DNA of 63,961 bases, counting the filler, from Reclinomonas americana ATCC 50394 (Eukaryota): NCBI GenBank assembly GCA_048213135.1. It is 11 parts of 9 records of this genome, joined end to end, with 100 filler letters (N's around TTAATTAATTAA, not from the genome) between each part and the next. Parts side by side here need not be neighbours in the genome. Positions count along the whole stretch, not along the records: positions 1 to 16,044 come from PS016041.1; positions 16,145 to 23,237 come from PS016043.1; positions 23,338 to 35,732 come from AFZH01016528.1; 8 more parts are not named here. One strand, given 5' to 3'. Each line of letters starts with the position of its first letter. The first letter of the stretch is position 1. The notes under the pieces are model-generated. The model was not told where the DNA came from and searched no databases. It saw nothing but the letters and a program-made list of their open reading frames with translations. The position numbers and the translations under genes were made by a program. This document shows positions 12,999 through 25,558 of this stretch, in pieces.

Positions 12999-15110
12999 CT
13001 GGGAGTTGGTGCGTGTGCATGCATTGTTGATTGCATTCTGCGTGTGCATTGGTGATTCATTCGTTGCTCTTTGACAGGTTGGTGACTTGAGTTCTGTGTA
13101 TTTCCGCGAGTCGGTGGGCGGTGTCGAGGGTCGCAGCAAGATTGCCGCGTTGCGTCTGTTTTCTCCATTGTTCCTCCTTTGCTGTTCTCTCTGTCTGACT
13201 CTCTGTGCAGGTTCGATCTCGACGAGTGCGTGGAGTTGTCTCTCTCTGTGAATTCAGTGTGTGTGCGCGCTGACTCCCGATTGCAGTACGCTGGTCCGCA
13301 CGCGCTCCGGCAACACGTTTGCGAAGAACGCCAGTGACTGGCAGTGGTTGTACCCGCAGGTGCGATACAGATGAATCGACCTGCTGCTGTCCACTCCTTG
13401 TCGTCGTGACAGGATGCCGGTGTCCACTCCTTCTCGTTGTCACGCACTGAGATGCCTGCTACTGTCCATTGCTTCTCCTTTTGACGCACAGACATGTCTT
13501 TTGCTGCCATTCTTTCTCGTCGTGACTGGACGATGTCTACTGCCAGTGTCCACTCCTTCTTTGTGTCACGACGACATCTCGCTTCTGCTGCCATTCTTTC
13601 TCGTTGTGGACGATATCTCGCTTTTGCTGCCAATTTTTCTTTTGTGTCACACAGACAACTCCCTGCTGCTGTCCACTCCTCGTCGTTGTGTCTCGCTGAA
13701 GTCTCGCTGCTGGTGTCGACTCCTTCCCGTTGTCACGCTGACAACTCTCTGCTGTCCACTCCTCCTCGTTGTGTCACGACGCTATCTCCCTGCAGATGCC
13801 CACTTCTCCTCGTTGTCGTCCTTCTCACTGTCACACGCCGATTACTCTCTTCTCTTGTCCACTCCTTCTCGTTTCCCGTGCCTGTCCACCCCTTCTCACC
13901 GCACCAACAGGTCGTCGGCAAGCTGCGCGAGCTGCACGATGAGGGCTACAAGCTGGTGATCATCAGCAACCAGAATGCCCTGTCGGCCGAGAAGAAGGGC
14001 GGCCAGTCCAAGTCCAAAGTCGCGGAGACGCACGGCCGCTTCGATCAGGTCATGGCCGGCATCGATCGCCCGATGCAGGCGTTCATGGCGATTGAGAAGG
14101 ACCGCTTCCGCAAGCCGTACACGGGCATCTGGGACTTGCTGAGTGCGCACCACAATGGCGGCGTACTCATCGACAAGGACGCCTCGTTTTTCGTCGGCGA
14201 CGCCGCCGGTCGCCCGGATGGGTGGAAGGTGCTGTGCTGGATGCACTCTGTGTACGTATCCCTTTCTCTCTCGATCTCACGTCATATACGCACACCACAG
14301 AGCGGCCGAAAGAAGGACTTTTCGTGCACCGATCGCAAGTTCGCTCTCAACGTGGGCATCAACTTCAAGACTCCCGAGGAGTTCTACCTGGGCGAGCAGC
14401 CAGTCGACTTTACATGGGACGGCTTCAACCCGCACTCGATTGACGAGTTGGAGGATCGTCACGTGCTGGCTGATGGCGGTCAGGTCGTTCGCCCGTCGCA
14501 GGAGGTCTGTGTCTTTGCACTCCTTGTCATGCAGCGAGAAACAGCCTTCGCTCACCCATCCCTTCCCCGTTCCCATAGATGGTCCTGATGGTCGGCTTCC
14601 CCGGCAGCGGCAAGAGCACGTTTGCGCGCCGTCACCTGCTGCCCGCCGGCTACGTGCACGTCAATCGCGACACGCTGAAGACGCCCGCCAAATGCCTGGC
14701 GGCGGCCGAGGCGGCACTCCAGGCCGGCAAGAGTGTGGTGGTCGACAACACGAACCCGTCGCGCGAGGCGCGCAGCTCGTACATTCGACTGGCCGACAAG
14801 CACTCGGTGCCGGTGCGCTGCTTCATCATGGAGGCCGACGAGGACTTGGCGCAGTTTCGTCTGCATCATTGCGTGGATTTTTCACTGTTGTTGATTTTTT
14901 TTTTGTTGCAGGCACATGAACATGTACCGCGAGGCGGTGACGAATGGTGAGCACAAGCACGTGCCGGGCATGGCGTATGGAGTCTACAAGAAGAGCTTCG
15001 AGGAGCCGGACCCGGCGGCCGAGCACATTGCCGAGGTCAAGGTCATCCGTTTTGTGCCGCAGTTCGACAGCGAGGAGCATCGCAAAATGTTCAAGATGTT
15101 CCACTGCTGA
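12999..15110 (+). CDS. PNKP: Bifunctional polynucleotide kinase 3'-phosphatase (5' end in gap)
   Basis: Spliced HAD motif KIAA|FDLD(D)|TLVRTRSG (exons 13078-13148, 13211-13225, 13287-13359). Also VIISNQ, RKP.TG, FFVGDAAGR, KKDFSCTDRKFA, kinase P-loop GFPGSGKST, HVNRD and VVVDNTN. Confidence 0.95.
13375..13895. repeat. Degenerate tandem repeat (about 35-50 nt unit) in PNKP intron
   Basis: Recurring 'ctgctgtccactccttctcgttgtcacg'-like units fill the 551-nt intron 13360-13910. Confidence 0.8.
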
Positions 15111-15369
15111 TGGTTTTATATTTTTTTGCGTGGCGAGAGGAAAGGTGGACCGACAGCGATTGGAATGGCGGGAAAGAAGGAAACGAATGAATGGATCGGC
15201 GTCACCTTATCATAAGAGAGACTGTGTACATTTGTTTTTGGTTTTGGTTGTGGTTTTTGATGCCGACGCGGCGCTGCACGGAGCGAGCGCAGGGGGGAAA
15301 TGGGGGAACAGAGGATCGGGCCGGTTCAGTCGGGCATGCCGCGCGCGGAGCAACAGAAACGTGCTCTCC

Positions 15370-16044
15370 TTAGTTGAGCACGCACGACTCGTATGTTGGT
15401 ACTGCTCGCAAGAAAGAGCCAAGGAACGTGAGTATTTACACTTGCAGCAGTGCGACGAAAACAGGCGTGGTGACGAAACTCATGTACTTGATGTTGATCT
15501 GCGGGGAAGAGAGAGAGGGAGGGGGAACAACAGAGAGCACGGTCAGTGACTTTTGGTGTGCGCACACAGACGAAGCAAGGTGCGCATGACTCACGAAAGC
15601 ATCCTCGCCGCCATTGGTCTCCAGCAACTGCAATGTCTCGTCGATGAGGTCGCCGAGGTTGAGTCGCTTGCGCTGTCCGTATTCGATCGAGTCGCCAATG
15701 TTGCTGTTCTTGTTCTTGAAAAGGTTGAGCACCGGCAGGATCTGGCGGTAGTACGGCACCAGCGCCTCGCCAATCATCTCGCCACTCAGCACCAGTTGTT
15801 GCAGCACCTTCAGCACCGTGCAAATGATCTCCGGATCGCGTGTGTTCAACGCGGCTGTGTTGGGGAGAGAATGGAACATGAGAAGGCTGGCTGGCGCGGG
15901 CGCCGGCACATTCTCTCTCGTGTTACGCAACTCTTGATGGGGATGATGAGCTGTGGAATGGTGCGCAGCACCTTGTTGGAGCCTCGCTCCAACAGATCCA
16001 GGGTGCCCTGCACGGCCAAGAAGCGGTACGGCTCCTCCTTCTCA
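15370..16044 (-). CDS. PACRG: Parkin co-regulated protein (axonemal inner junction), 3' part
   Basis: [10 protein letters not shown]...[80 protein letters not shown]. Confidence 0.97.
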
Positions 16045-16088
16045 NNNNNNNNNNNNNNNNNNNNNNNNNNNNNNNNNNNNNNNNNNNN

Positions 16089-16100
16089 TTAATTAATTAA
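16089..16100. other. Artificial scaffold spacer TTAATTAATTAA flanked by Ns (also at about 23282, 35777, 40673, 44543, 48746, 52699, 55800, 59919, 62731)
   Basis: Identical 12-mer with stops in all six frames, always embedded in Ns. Confidence 0.97.
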
Positions 16101-16144
16101 NNNNNNNNNNNNNNNNNNNNNNNNNNNNNNNNNNNNNNNNNNNN

Positions 16145-16719
16145 AGCAGCAACAACAACAACCGCCACCACCAGCAGCTGCTGTAGCCGCCAAGCCCACG
16201 GTCCGGTCGCCACTAATTGAGCCGTCGACAAAACCGCCACAACCACCATCTCGCGTCGTTCCGGCCACTAACGCCGCCCGGCCGACGCCAGCAGCCGCAG
16301 CACCCGACTACAATGACATGCCGGTGGGTCCGCGCCCATCGAGTGCAGCCGGTGCGCCGACGCTGGGTGGTCGGAAACCTGCTGCGGCATCGGCCATGCC
16401 ACCGCCGGCATCTGCGGCAGCACCGCAGCCACCAGTCGCCGTTGCCGCTCCACATGCAGTCTCCGACGCACCGTTTGCCACATCGAGCTCGCTCGCTCAG
16501 CAACTGGCCCTGACGGCGGAGACCGAGTCGCGACTGATGCGGTTGAACTTGGAGCGCACGCAGGTGGAGGCCGAGTACAATCGACTGCTACCCACCGCCT
16601 CCAAGACCATCCAGTCGCGGCGGAGGATCAACGAGCTGGAGGAGCATTTGAAGGAGCTGTCGCGCAACATTGAGCAGGACAAGAGCAGGCTACGGCAGCT
16701 CGAATCCTTGCACAAGTAA
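16145..16719 (+). CDS. C-terminal fragment of an Ala/Pro-rich protein ending in a coiled coil (MPHOSPH9/enkurin-like C-terminus)
   Basis: LNLERTQVEAEYNRLLP..SKTIQSRRRINELEEHLKELSRNIEQDKSRLRQL; 5' end in gap. Confidence 0.5.
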
Positions 16720-17037
16720 TGAATGAAGGAGAGGCGATGATTTCTAGCGTAAACAAGCCTTGTTTTGCGCCGTACAATCTCGACACGAGCGAGTGAAGAA
16801 ACAACGAGACAAACAGGTAACATCAGTGACTTACAACATCGTACACACGCACGCACCCACACACACGCACACGCACACGCACACGCACACATACATGCAT
16901 ACATAGAATCCCAAGCGACACGCCAAGGGAACACATGAAAAAATCGTACAGAGCGGTGCTTCCAAAAGAAGAAAAAAAAAAGAGGGGGAATAAAAAGAAA
17001 ACCTATGCACAAGCACCAGAGAATGCACATCAGCCGA

Positions 17038-18778
17038 TTACTCCTTCTTCTCGTGTCCCGACGATGGACTTGGCGGTTGCACGGGCAGAATGTCGGGGTA
17101 CGTGGGTCCCTTGGCCGGCACCGATCGGCACGGCCAGTTGAGGTATGGACCGGGGAACTTGCAGCCGGACTTGGGATCCTCAAAGTCCAACAGCATCTTG
17201 TCCTTCTTCACAAACAGATCCCAGCACCATTGTGCAATCTCCTCGTCACCAGTCGGGATTCGATTCACCGGAATCTCCTCGCAGTAAATGTGAATGGTGA
17301 CTGGCGCGAGGCCCTGCGACGACACACAGAGATCAGCGCATCGGTAAACGTAACAGAGAGACTCACATCCGCGGAGCACCCACCGTGAGCACCGACCACG
17401 CACTCGGGGCGCGGGTGGTGTACTTGAGTGTGAGGTCGTACACAGCGTCGATGCGGTGCCTCAACTGCTGCACCGAGGCCACAATGCCCTTGGTGCGCGG
17501 CGCCAGGATGCGCTGGAAAACTGGTCGCTGGTTCTCGGCGCACCACTGTTGCGACTGCTCATGCTTGCGCCTCTCGAAGCGCGTTCCCTCGGGGAAGGTC
17601 ACGAGCCAGAATGGCTGATCGCCAAACCTGCCAGACCACATTTTTCGAAGTGAGGACTGGGTCGAAGTGTGTGTGTGTGTGTGATTGTTCGCTGCTACGC
17701 AACATCAACAGTCGCTGGAACACCTTGTAGACGCGCTTGGCATCCACAAACCAGTTGCGCTTCACAAACACCATGTCGAGGAACAACATGCCCCATCCAG
17801 TGGCCGGCATGTACTTGATGGCCTCCTTGGCGAAAAACTTGGTGCCCGCTGCCAAACAGAACGTATCAGTCAGTCAGTCAGTCAGTCGGCACGCAGGATT
17901 GAGTGAGAGCACTAGCTCAAAGAGGCGACGCACCAAGACGACCGCGACGCAGCGCAAACGCAAACACAATCATGGGATCGAGATACGAGCAGTGATTGGA
18001 GAGCACAATCGCGTTGCGACCCGGCGGCAACTCGTGGCCCTGGAACTTGAGCTCCATGCCTCCAATCTCCAAAAACACATCAAACAGCCACAGCCACACG
18101 CTCTGGTACGCGTCGTTCCAGCTGCAGGAAGAGAGAGAGAGAGAAGGTGAGCAGAAAGAAGAGAAGATATACGAGAGTGACACAGAGAGGAGAAGAGTCT
18201 GTGCTGCTTCACGAGAAGCTGCAGATACAGAGAAGTGAGCAGATATAGAGACATCTCTCGTTCGTTCTTTCTCTCTCACACACAGCGAAAGAGACAGAGA
18301 GGAGAGACGCTTCGAAGCTGCTGCTTCTCCATATAAGTGAGCAGACACAACGAGACAAGTGAGAAATACTCTCCCTCTTTCGTTCGTTCTTTCTCTCTCA
18401 CACAGAAAGAGACAGAGAGGAGAGACAGGTCTGTGCTGCTTCCAAGCTGCATTCTTCCCCCTCCACCCACCGTCTGCACAGGCGCGGATTGAACGGATGC
18501 ACGACGACCCAAGTCATCATCTGAATGACATTGAAGCCGACTCCCGACAAGACGAGGAACGAGAACAAGAAGAACGCGCGCAGCTGGCCCAGCAACCATC
18601 GCGGCCAGGACACCACCCGCACTCGCTCGCCACGCGACGTCAATCGCTCGCCGGCCGGTAACACAAACGTCGGAGATACCGCCGCCACCGGAGATGAAGG
18701 CGGAGATGATGCGGCGGCGGCAGTCACCGACGCCGTTGACTTGTTCGCTGCATTCGTGATGCCATCTTTGGCTGACAT
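17038..18778 (-). CDS. Lysophospholipid acyltransferase (LCLAT1/AGPAT3-5 type)
   Basis: NHCSYLD (HX4D), KFFAKEAIKYMP, FVKRNW, WLVTFPEGTRF, LAPRTKG, DAVYDLT, FVKKDKML; N-terminal TM. Confidence 0.92.
18150..18450. repeat. Internally duplicated GA-rich intron segments
   Basis: 'tcgttcgttctttctctctcacaca..aaagagacagagaggagagac' and 'gtctgtgctgcttc' each occur twice. Confidence 0.6.
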
Positions 18779-20190
18779 GGACGGAAGGGATGACGGAGTT
18801 GCACCACCACACACACACACAAAAACACCAAGCGAGCTGGAGGAGAGAGAGGCGGGACACCTGTGCGCACCAGACACACACAGAGTCAGTTGATGGCAAT
18901 GCACCTGTGTGTGTGCGTAGAGAGAGAGCGCGCGATGCATCGACATGTACGTCACACGCACGCGTGTTTACAATGCAGCAGCGTGCGTGTGCACAGAGAC
19001 ACTCATGACGCACACATACGCACACAACATGTGGGAGGGATGACGTGTCGCGCTCACTCACCGATGTGTTGTGTGCGTTTGTGTGTGAGAGGACAGTTCG
19101 CGCGGCTCGCGACACAACTGTCCACTTCGACGACGTGCACAACCACGACAAACGAGTGTTGTTGAATGCGGGCAGACAGACAGACACAACGCGCTCTCAC
19201 CAGCGCGCACACACGCAGAGGCAATGTTGCTGTCGCGTTTATGTGCTTGGGTGTTGAAGTGGACAGTGGCGCGGCTCGCTCTCAGAACTGTCCCGACCGC
19301 ATTTCCCCTCATTGTGCACCGAGCGCAGAAGCAGAGAGAGCACACACATAGTGTGAGAGTGTGTGTGTGAGAGAGAGAGGCAGTGAATGGCGATGGCGAG
19401 TGTCGCCTCTGATGTGGAGGTGCGTGTCCACATGTGTGTTTTTTCGGAAAGCGGCGCTCTTTTGCCGGATCTTTTTCACACTGTTCTTTTCACACTCTCT
19501 CTCACACACTCACTCACACGCACACTCTTCTTGCACTCTGCGTGTGTGTGTGTGCGTGCGTCACTTAATGTGCGCGTGAAGAGCTGGTCATTGTGTGCAC
19601 CATCAAAGTGTGCCGATTGGCAACCGCCTCGTTTCATCTTCATTTTCGCTCATCTCTCGCACACGCACGCACTCTCTCTCTGCGCTCTCATGTGCACACA
19701 CACATGCAATGCATGCATCGCTGTCTGTGCGCGCGCACACCACACATCGCGCGCTCTTTCTCTATTTTGCGCCCGAGTTCTTCCTTTCAATTTTGCCCTT
19801 GTCCACAACACCACTTGATCAGCAGGCGTTCTCCTCACCACTCTTGTGTGTGTGTAGTTTGCTCGTGAGAAGCGCGGGCACATTCCACACATTCGCTTCC
19901 AGTCGGTGACCGATGCCATTCTCGCCGATGACGAGATCATCAAGTCCACGTTGTCGCCCATTGGTGAGTGCGTCGCCCGACGAGGCAAGCACGTGCAGTT
20001 CACAGTGAGAGTGAAAGAGAGTGGGAGCTCGTTGAGCATTGGCGAGGAAGAGAGAGATTCTCCTGGTTGCGCGAGTGCGCTTTGTTGCAGTGCGATCGTG
20101 TCGATGCTTGCATTTTTTATTCTCATCGTCGTGTTTGTGTTTGCGTCGCGTTTGCGTGCAGGCAACAAGGTCTCGCCGCGACCGGTGAGC

Positions 20191-23100
20191 ATGGATGGCA
20201 CCAGTGTGCACATGACAGACATGTTTCGGTGAGTGCCGCGGGATTGTTTGTTGTTCCTTGTGTGTGTATGTGTGTGTGTGAGTTGGGGCGAAAACGGATC
20301 CGCGTGTGTGCTCTTTTGATCCTCTCGTACATGCTGCATTTGCGTGATTGTACACTCATGCCTGTCTGTTGCTTTCCGCACTGGGCAGTCCGCAAGGAAA
20401 GGCCGAGGACTTGTTGCAGACGGTGGCCGGAGTATCTCCACGGTTGGTGTCGCCGGGGATCTCACCACCGCGTGGTCCGCCAGGCACCGCAGCCGCTGCG
20501 ACTCCGCCCACCTCCACCACGCCCACCACCACCGCCACTTCTACTACGACGATGATCTCGCCGCGGTTGACTGGCACGGGGGCGATTGAGGAAGTTGTTC
20601 CGGAGGCGCTGGGCAGTGGGCACGGCAGTCCTCGCAAGTCGTTCCGTCCCGATCTGTGGGCCTACCTGGAGAGCACGGCCGCCGGCGGAGCGGGCAGCAA
20701 TGGCGGCGGTCTGGCCGGCAGCAACAGCAGCGGTCTGGGTGAGAGCGGAGTTGTGTGGCCAAATTCGGCACGCGACCACTCGACCAGTGACGACCGCTTT
20801 GAGTTGGACCTGATCAAGGACTCGCGCTCACGTTCACATCCGTGTTCACCGCGTATCAACAGCGATTTGGGCGATGTGGCACCACCGGCGCTGTCGTCGC
20901 CACGCACTCCTGGTGGCACGCCGTACGAGCACCCGCTGGGCGAGCATCCGTCGCGGAATCTTTTCGTGCGCAACATCAGCAGTGTGGTGGAGGACGAGGA
21001 GCTGCATCGGCTGTTTGGCCAGTTTGGCCACGTTCGCAACATGCACACGCAGTCCAAGCATCGCGGCTTTGTGGTGGTCTCGTTCTACGACATTCGCGAT
21101 GCACGGGCGGCGATGCGCAGCCTGCAGGGCTTTGTGCTGCACGGGCGCAGCATGGAGATCCACTACTCCATTCCCAAGGACAACCCATCGGAGCGCGACC
21201 AGAACCAGGGCACGCTCGTCGTCTTCAACCTTGATGCCTCGATCAGCAACGAGGAGCTGCATGCGGTGTTTGAGCGGTTTGGCGAGGTCAAAGAGGTGAG
21301 GGAGACGCCGAACAAGCGGCACCACCGCTTTGTCGAGTTTTACGACACACGGCACGCGGAGAACGCCATGCGCGCCCTCAACAAGTCCGAAATCAAGGGC
21401 AAGAAGATCAAGATTGAGCCAAGTCGACCTGGCGGCGTGCGCAAGTCGGGCGTGCCGCTCGTATCGCCGTCGCAGCTCTGGTCGGCCGAGTTCACCGAGG
21501 AGGATTTGGCGCGATTGAGTTTCGTCCACTCCGCCTCACTTGCCTCTGTATTCCTTTGCCTCATCTCACACTCTCTGTGCGTGCAGTTCCGTCGGATCCC
21601 ACCTCACCCGACGCGCTCGGTCACTCGGCGTCCGGTCTCGGTGACCTCGTGCCACCGCTTCGATCAGTCCCCGCTGGCGCCCATCCGTCGTCAGCTCCAG
21701 GGTCGGCGCGATCCGAGGGCTCGCACTACAGCGTGCACTCGTCGCCGTCGGCGTCGCCGCACAGCACCCCCCGCCAACTGTACTCGCCCATGGGCCAGTC
21801 GCCACTGGCACACGCCTATGTCACGCAGACGGTGTGTATGTGTGTGTTGCTTTTCTGTCTCTTTGTTGACCTTGCGTGCACTCACTCAACTCTCCGTGCG
21901 CAGAACTCGGCCGACGACTCGCTTCCGAGCACAACGTCTATTCACCTGCCGCAGAGTGCGACATCGCCTCGTCCCCGTGGAAGCCCGCGACAGCATGTGC
22001 CGCTCGGCTACTCGCCGCGGCGTCAGAGTCCTGCCACGCTGTACGACGAGCAGTCGTACATGATGGTGGCGGCGGCAGCGGCGGCACTGGGTCCCGAAGA
22101 TTTTGACGAGGAGGATGCCATATATTCCAATTCAGCTTCACCGCGTCGTCTCTCCGACGACATCACCGCGCAGTCGCTGGGTGGTGCCGACGGCGACGAG
22201 GATGTGCTGGACAACAGCGCCGACATGTCGGGCATGATGGGTGGTGAGTCGGCGCACCACAGCGCGATGGCGTCCGCCGTCAATGGCGGCATGGTGCATC
22301 CGCCAATGCCGCAGATGCCTGCGCCAACGGCGACGACGACGGCGGCAGCGACAGCGGCGGCGGCATATGGTGTGCCACCTGCGGCTGCTTACGGAGCGTA
22401 CGGTTCCGTGTACTACGGTCAGCCCCCGGCGACGCACCACGCACACCACGCGCATCACCACCAGGCGGCGCAACAGCACCATCACCACCACGCGGCGCAG
22501 CAGCACTATGCGGCGGCTGCGGCCGCTGCCGCTGCGCAAGCTCACCATGCGTACGGTGCTCCGTACGGCTACGCCCCGGGACCGCCACCACCGCCTCCGC
22601 CGTCTGCCTCTGCCGGTGGCTACGGCCCTGCGCCACCTGGGTACCCTATGCACACGCACCATCCGCACGCCCACCACCACCAGCACCTCGGTCCGCCCCC
22701 ACCGCCACCGCCACCGCAAGCACACATGTCGCCACCCGGCGGCTACATGTCGGTGGAGCAGCATCATCACCACATGATGTCATCGCCTCCGCAGCCGCAG
22801 CAGCAACAGCCACCACAATATGGTGGGTCGCCGTACGGTCCAATGACGCACCAGGGTATGGGCTACGGACAGTCGCCTGGCTCGTCGCAGTCACCGCCAC
22901 CGTCGCAGCAGCAGCAGCAGCAGCAGTATCAACAAGCGCCACCGCCGCCGTTCGTGGTGTCGCCGCCGCCGAGCCAGGTGATGCAGTCGCCGCTGTTGCA
23001 CCCGACTGTGGCCTCGCTGCAGCAGCACGGACAATCGGCGCCGCCGAGCATGGACACGTATCAGTACATGCCGTTGTCGTTGCGTTTTCATTTGCGTGCG

Positions 23101-23645
23101 TGTGTGTGCTTGTACGCGTGCCTCTGCATTGTGCTCACCACATTCGTAACACCAACACAGAGATCACATGTCGGAGGACTCGGGCGGTGTTGGCAGCACC
23201 GGCGGTGGTAGCAGCAGCGGGAACTGGTCCATGTCGANNNNNNNNNNNNNNNNNNNNNNNNNNNNNNNNNNNNNNNNNNNNTTAATTAATTAANNNNNNN
23301 NNNNNNNNNNNNNNNNNNNNNNNNNNNNNNNNNNNNNTCGCTGATTTGCATGAGCGGTTCAACGGCAAGAAGTGGGAGCGGTTCAATTCCGAAAAGGTGT
23401 GCGCCATCACGTTTGCACGCATCCAGGGCAAGAACAACCTGGTGCAGCATTTCCAGAATTCGAGTCTCCTGTTTGAGGAGGAGCAGTGCAGACCACTGCT
23501 CTTTAACGATGTCGGCGAGGAGGTGTGTGCATGACAGAGAACAAGAGTTGGTGTTGCTCAGTGTGCTCATTATTGTGTCTGCGCGCAGGAGGAATTCCCT
23601 GTTGGGCCTTACGCTCGCCGCCGCCGTGTGTCAACCGATCCGTGA
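20191..23645 (+). CDS. Mei2-like RNA-binding protein (RRM1, RRM2, RRM3); spans a gap
   Basis: EHPSRNLFVRNI..KHRGFVVVSFYDIRDA..IHYSIPKDNPSERDQNQGTLVVFNLD..HHRFVEFYDTR; RRM3 end FNGKKWERFNSEKVCAITFARIQGK..LVQHFQNSSLL. Confidence 0.93.
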
Positions 23646-24406
23646 TGACCACGCCGCTCTCTTGTCAGAAAAAGTGTGTCTTTGTCTCTCTCTGCTTAGG
23701 AAGAAAATTTGTCCCCCAACACACACACTGTCACACCTTGTATCCTTTGTTTTTCTACCCCCTTCCCCCCCTTCGAGTAGTCTTTGTATCGATGTGCGTT
23801 TCACCAATCTACAACCCCCCTTGTCATCTCTCTTTTTCCCCCCATCCTTCCCTGTGTGTGCTATAACGAACCACACACATGCCCCGTCTTTCATCAACCC
23901 ACAAAATAGTGTGCGTCCGTGGCCTCAGTAGTCGTCGTCTGCCGCGGCGTGCAGCCAGTCTCTGTTCTTTCATTCTGTATGTTTCTCTGTTTGAGTCGTG
24001 TTGTCCATTGTACACAAATCCTCATGATGTGGCTGGTGCGGGGAAGAGAGGAGGAGGGAAGGGGAGAGAAGGGCACTTGTGCAAGTGCAACCAATTCGAA
24101 TGATGTGGCTTGTCTGGGGAAGAGAAGAGGGAAGGAAAGGCACCCAATGGGGCGGTCATCAACAGAGTGTGCATCACCCTGCAGCTTATGTGTGGAGAGC
24201 AGAAGAACGAAGTCAAGGAATTCGAAGTCATCTGCAACTTCGTGAGATAGCACACGGAGAAGACAGAGAAGAAGCTTGCGGTGCTCTTGCTGTTCATCAA
24301 CGCCAGTGGCCTCACATACAACTCAAAAACGTCGCGTTGTGGACAACTGCGCTTGTCATGCACCGCAAGGACACTTTTCATCGTCGTCATCGCAGTCAGA
24401 GCAGGA

Positions 24407-24933
24407 ATGATTACCTGGCTGCTTGGTCCCATTGCGTTTCGTAAGCTCTCCCTTGTTGCAAGTTCACAGCCATATACCAAACACTTGCATGCACACAGTG
24501 TTCTCGTCGGTGTCTTGTGGCCCGCGTATGCCTCATTCAAGGTCTCACTCTCACACACACTCACACACACAGAGGCATTCTCTGACCGCCTTTTTCTCTC
24601 TTTCTGTGTGTGTGTTACACAGGCACTTGACACGTCATCCCCCGAGGACGACCGTCAATGGTGCACAGACACACACAGACGCGCGTGTGCGTGACTCACA
24701 TTCTTCCGCTCACTCTCTTTGTATGTGCGTGCGTGCACAGGCTGACGTACTGGGTGTGCTTTGGCGTCATCTCCGCTGTGCACAGCGTGCTCTCATACGT
24801 CGGACTTGGGTGAGCGCAGACTTGTCTCTCTCGCACACAGACACACACTTTCTCACTCTCACACACAGTGGTGACCTGCTGCTGCTCGCGAGCATTCCAT
24901 TCTACCTCTGGCTGCAGCTGCCACAGACCAAGG

Positions 24934-24968
<35 letters not shown>

Positions 24969-25443
24969 ATGCCTCTCTTGTGTGCTCTCACACTGCAGTG
25001 TACTCAGGGCGCCACTGTTGTCTATGAGAAGTTCATCCAGCCGTTCTTCAAGGCATGCTTACCTCGCGTTTTAGTCTCTGTTTGGGTGCCTTACCTCCCT
25101 CTGTCTCTGTGTGCAGAAGCATGAGTCGCAGATTGATGGTTTGTGCGCTCTCTTTCTCTCTCTCGTGCATGTGTTGACTGCATATGGCACAGGTGCTGTG
25201 AGTGACGTTCTGCGCAAGGGTATGCTCGTCGAAAAGGGAAGGGAGGCTTGTGCTCGGGATGCTCATTCAATTGGTGCGCAGGCGTCAAGGTGGCCAAGGA
25301 CAACGCCGGTCGCGTCATTGCTGGAGCGACCAGTGTTGCGTCTCTCTTCGCTTGTCTTCATCTCGTGCGCGTCTGCTGCTCACTTTATTTGTTGTTTGCA
25401 GACCCTCATGCATGCGGCGCAGGAGGTCGAGAAGAAAGAGTAG
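24407..25443 (+). CDS. HVA22/TB2-DP1/YOP1 (REEP) family ER-shaping protein, about 10 short exons
   Basis: VGVLWPAYASFK|ALDT...DDRQ|WLTYWV..FYLWLQLPQTK|GATVVYEKFIQPFFK|KHESQID. Confidence 0.9.
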
Positions 25444-25558
25444 CAGCCTTTGGCGCTGAGTGCGCTCTCCTCGCCCATTGACGCGCGCGAGAGGAAACCT
25501 CCCCCAAACAAGAATAAAGAAAGCTCAGACTCTTTATCACATGGCGCGCGTTGACACA

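Noticed and set aside
11961..13633. 290-480 aa ORFs in the track
   Set aside because: Artefacts of reading through Ns.
13414..13959. Long Leu/Cys-rich ORFs
   Set aside because: Translations of an intronic tandem repeat in PNKP.
16045..16144. Repeated TTAATTAATTAA palindrome
   Set aside because: Always inside N runs; an assembly spacer. It also means adjacency across these joins is uncertain.
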